A DNA stretch of 64,000 nucleotides from Candidatus Staskawiczbacteria bacterium (GTDB lineage: Bacteria; Patescibacteriota; Minisyncoccia; Minisyncoccales; Staskawiczbacteraceae), in contig CAILLM010000003.1 of NCBI GenBank assembly GCA_903835075.1, positions 1,002-65,001 of the forward strand. Reading direction: 5' to 3'. The notes beneath the pieces were generated by a model. That model was not told the origin of the DNA. It was given only the letters and a program-made list of their open reading frames with translations, and did not search any database. The position numbers and the translations under genes are program-made. Each line of letters opens with the position of its first letter. Positions within the stretch are counted from its first letter, which is position 1. Of this stretch, positions 63,261 through 64,000 are shown piece after piece.

Positions 63261-63431
63261 TTAACCCTCATCTACTCGCGAACATACTGGGCAATGAGCC
63301 AATAAATGACCTGCCATTTTTTCTTTTTTATCTTCACTAATTTTTGAGTTGCTAAGCCAAATTTCAAACTCGGCCGCACACTTGCCACATTGTTGACTTT
63401 CTACTTTATTTTTTTGTGTTGCTTTTTTCAT
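63261..63431 (-). CDS. Small zinc-finger protein resembling the anti-sigma zf-HC2 (ZAS) motif
   Basis: 56 aa, not in the track. My translation: [56 protein letters not shown]. The start abuts the conserved 25-bp leader motif. Confidence 0.45.
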   Translation of the reverse strand: MKKATQKNKVESQQCGKCAAEFEIWLSNSKISEDKKEKMAGHLLAHCPVCSRVDEG

Positions 63432-63456
63432 AAGTTTACGTAGCGTAGCGATATAT
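63432..63456. repeat. 25-bp leader motif AAGTTTACGTAGCGTAGCGATATAT abutting a start codon
   Basis: Identical to 29092-29116. Confidence 0.8.
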
Positions 63457-63493
63457 TATTTTTTATTAACTGAGCTACACAAATTACTACGTA

Positions 63494-63823
63494 CTAACAA
63501 CAGTCTTTAGGTGCTGTGAATTCCACTCTTTCTTCAAACTCCTGCTTTTTGCCCTTATGCCATTGCTGAACAGGCCTAATGTAACCAACAACCCTAGAAT
63601 AAACCTCACAAGGCTGATAATTTGTTAATGCAGGATTCGTTGCGTAGCAATCATTACACTTTAAAATATTTATTTTTTCGCCAGCATTATCATATGCAAG
63701 ACAAACACCCCCTTGAATTTCCTCATTACTAACTGCTAATTCTCTGCCACAGTCATGACATTTATTTTCTTGATTCATTTTTTTTATCACAAAATTATTT
63801 TTTACAGGATCCACAGATGCCAT
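63494..63823 (-). CDS. Stand-alone NrdD C-terminal-like protein (zinc ribbon plus glycyl-radical motif)
   Basis: 109 aa (or 94 aa from ATG 63778); CHDCG...CNDC...EVYSRVVGYIRPVQQWHKGKKQEFEERVEF parallels the class III RNR C-terminus (RVCGYL...NAGKQEE..RV in E. coli NrdD). Confidence 0.65.
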   Translation of the reverse strand: MASVDPVKNNFVIKKMNQENKCHDCGRELAVSNEEIQGGVCLAYDNAGEKINILKCNDCYATNPALTNYQPCEVYSRVVGYIRPVQQWHKGKKQEFEERVEFTAPKDCC

Positions 63824-64000
63824 AAAAATTTATTTTATAATGATTAATTTTACCTACTTTTGTTTTTCTATTTTTTAAAATTCCACATTTTGAACATTCA
63901 TCATAAATATCATAAACATTCTGGCATTCTTCACAAATAAAATGAGCATGATCTGAAATGTCAGCATCAAAATGCACTGTATCTTTAGTATCAATTGAAA
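63795..64000 (-). CDS. Fur-family transcriptional regulator, C-terminal part (5' end outside the window)
   Basis: Frame stays open to the window edge; DHAHFICEECQNVYDI...H.KINFYGICGSC fits the Fur/PerR/Zur dimerisation domain with CxxC pairs. Confidence 0.65.
   Translation of the reverse strand, partial: SIDTKDTVHFDADISDHAHFICEECQNVYDIYDECSKCGILKNRKTKVGKINHYKINFYGICGSCKK

Noticed and set aside
63494-64000. Initial reading of ORFs 63795-63977 and 63494-63823 as a frameshifted single nrdD gene
   Set aside because: The upstream ORF fits a Fur-family C-terminal domain (DHAHFICEEC...YGICGSC) and stays open to the window edge. The downstream ORF already contains a complete NrdD-type zinc ribbon plus glycyl-radical tail. 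Two separate genes is the simpler reading.
1-64000. Alternative genetic code (UGA recoding as in some CPR lineages)
   Set aside because: All conserved genes are full length under the standard bacterial code, and TGA is used as a terminal stop (for example in the ComEC-like gene and the small-gene triplet).

Overview
AT-rich bacterial segment, roughly one-third G+C by eye. Gene content and quirks fit a Candidate Phyla Radiation / Patescibacteria (Parcubacteria-like) genome; that placement is an inference from DUF5652/DUF5679-type small proteins, absence of L30, giant surface proteins and the standard genetic code. All family calls rest on motif recognition in the supplied translations; no database search was possible. 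About 95% of the coding capacity is on the minus strand.

In minus-strand transcription order (high to low coordinates) the window holds:
- A redox neighbourhood: Fur-family regulator (partial), a stand-alone NrdD-type glycyl-radical domain, a mini anti-sigma-like zinc-finger ORF and SOD.
- SpoU methyltransferase, DUF5652 and NUDIX.
- Rrf2-IscS-IscU-MnmA.
- A CsoR-led copper cluster: HMA/TauE/cupredoxin membrane protein, DUF1858, CopZ, CopA, a thioredoxin-like protein and a CPVC membrane protein.
- A type IV pilin, an SDR, DUF5679, a PaaX-like cassette, a ComEC-type MBL protein and an adenylate-kinase-like paralog.
- A 15.6 kb surface-protein cluster: two giant proteins (1659 and 2263 aa) plus four accessory membrane proteins that share modules with them.
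- A GC-rich plus-strand island encoding a PEP-CTERM papain-like protein, next to tRNA-Pro(GGG) and L28.
- An S2P protease.
- rpsL-rpsG-fusA, then a second PaaX-like cassette and a GC-rich plus-strand triplet of DUF4177-like genes.
- tuf-rpsJ and the S10/spc/alpha ribosomal superoperon. L30 is absent, and alaS, tpiA and two surface/membrane proteins are inserted between map and infA.

The most unusual signal is sequence-level. Several families of GC-rich palindromic elements are scattered through this AT-rich DNA. They fill operon-internal spacers, are nested in one another, and are inserted in-frame into conserved housekeeping genes (sod, mnmA, iscS, rpsJ, Rrf2, SpoU, copper proteins and a giant adhesin).
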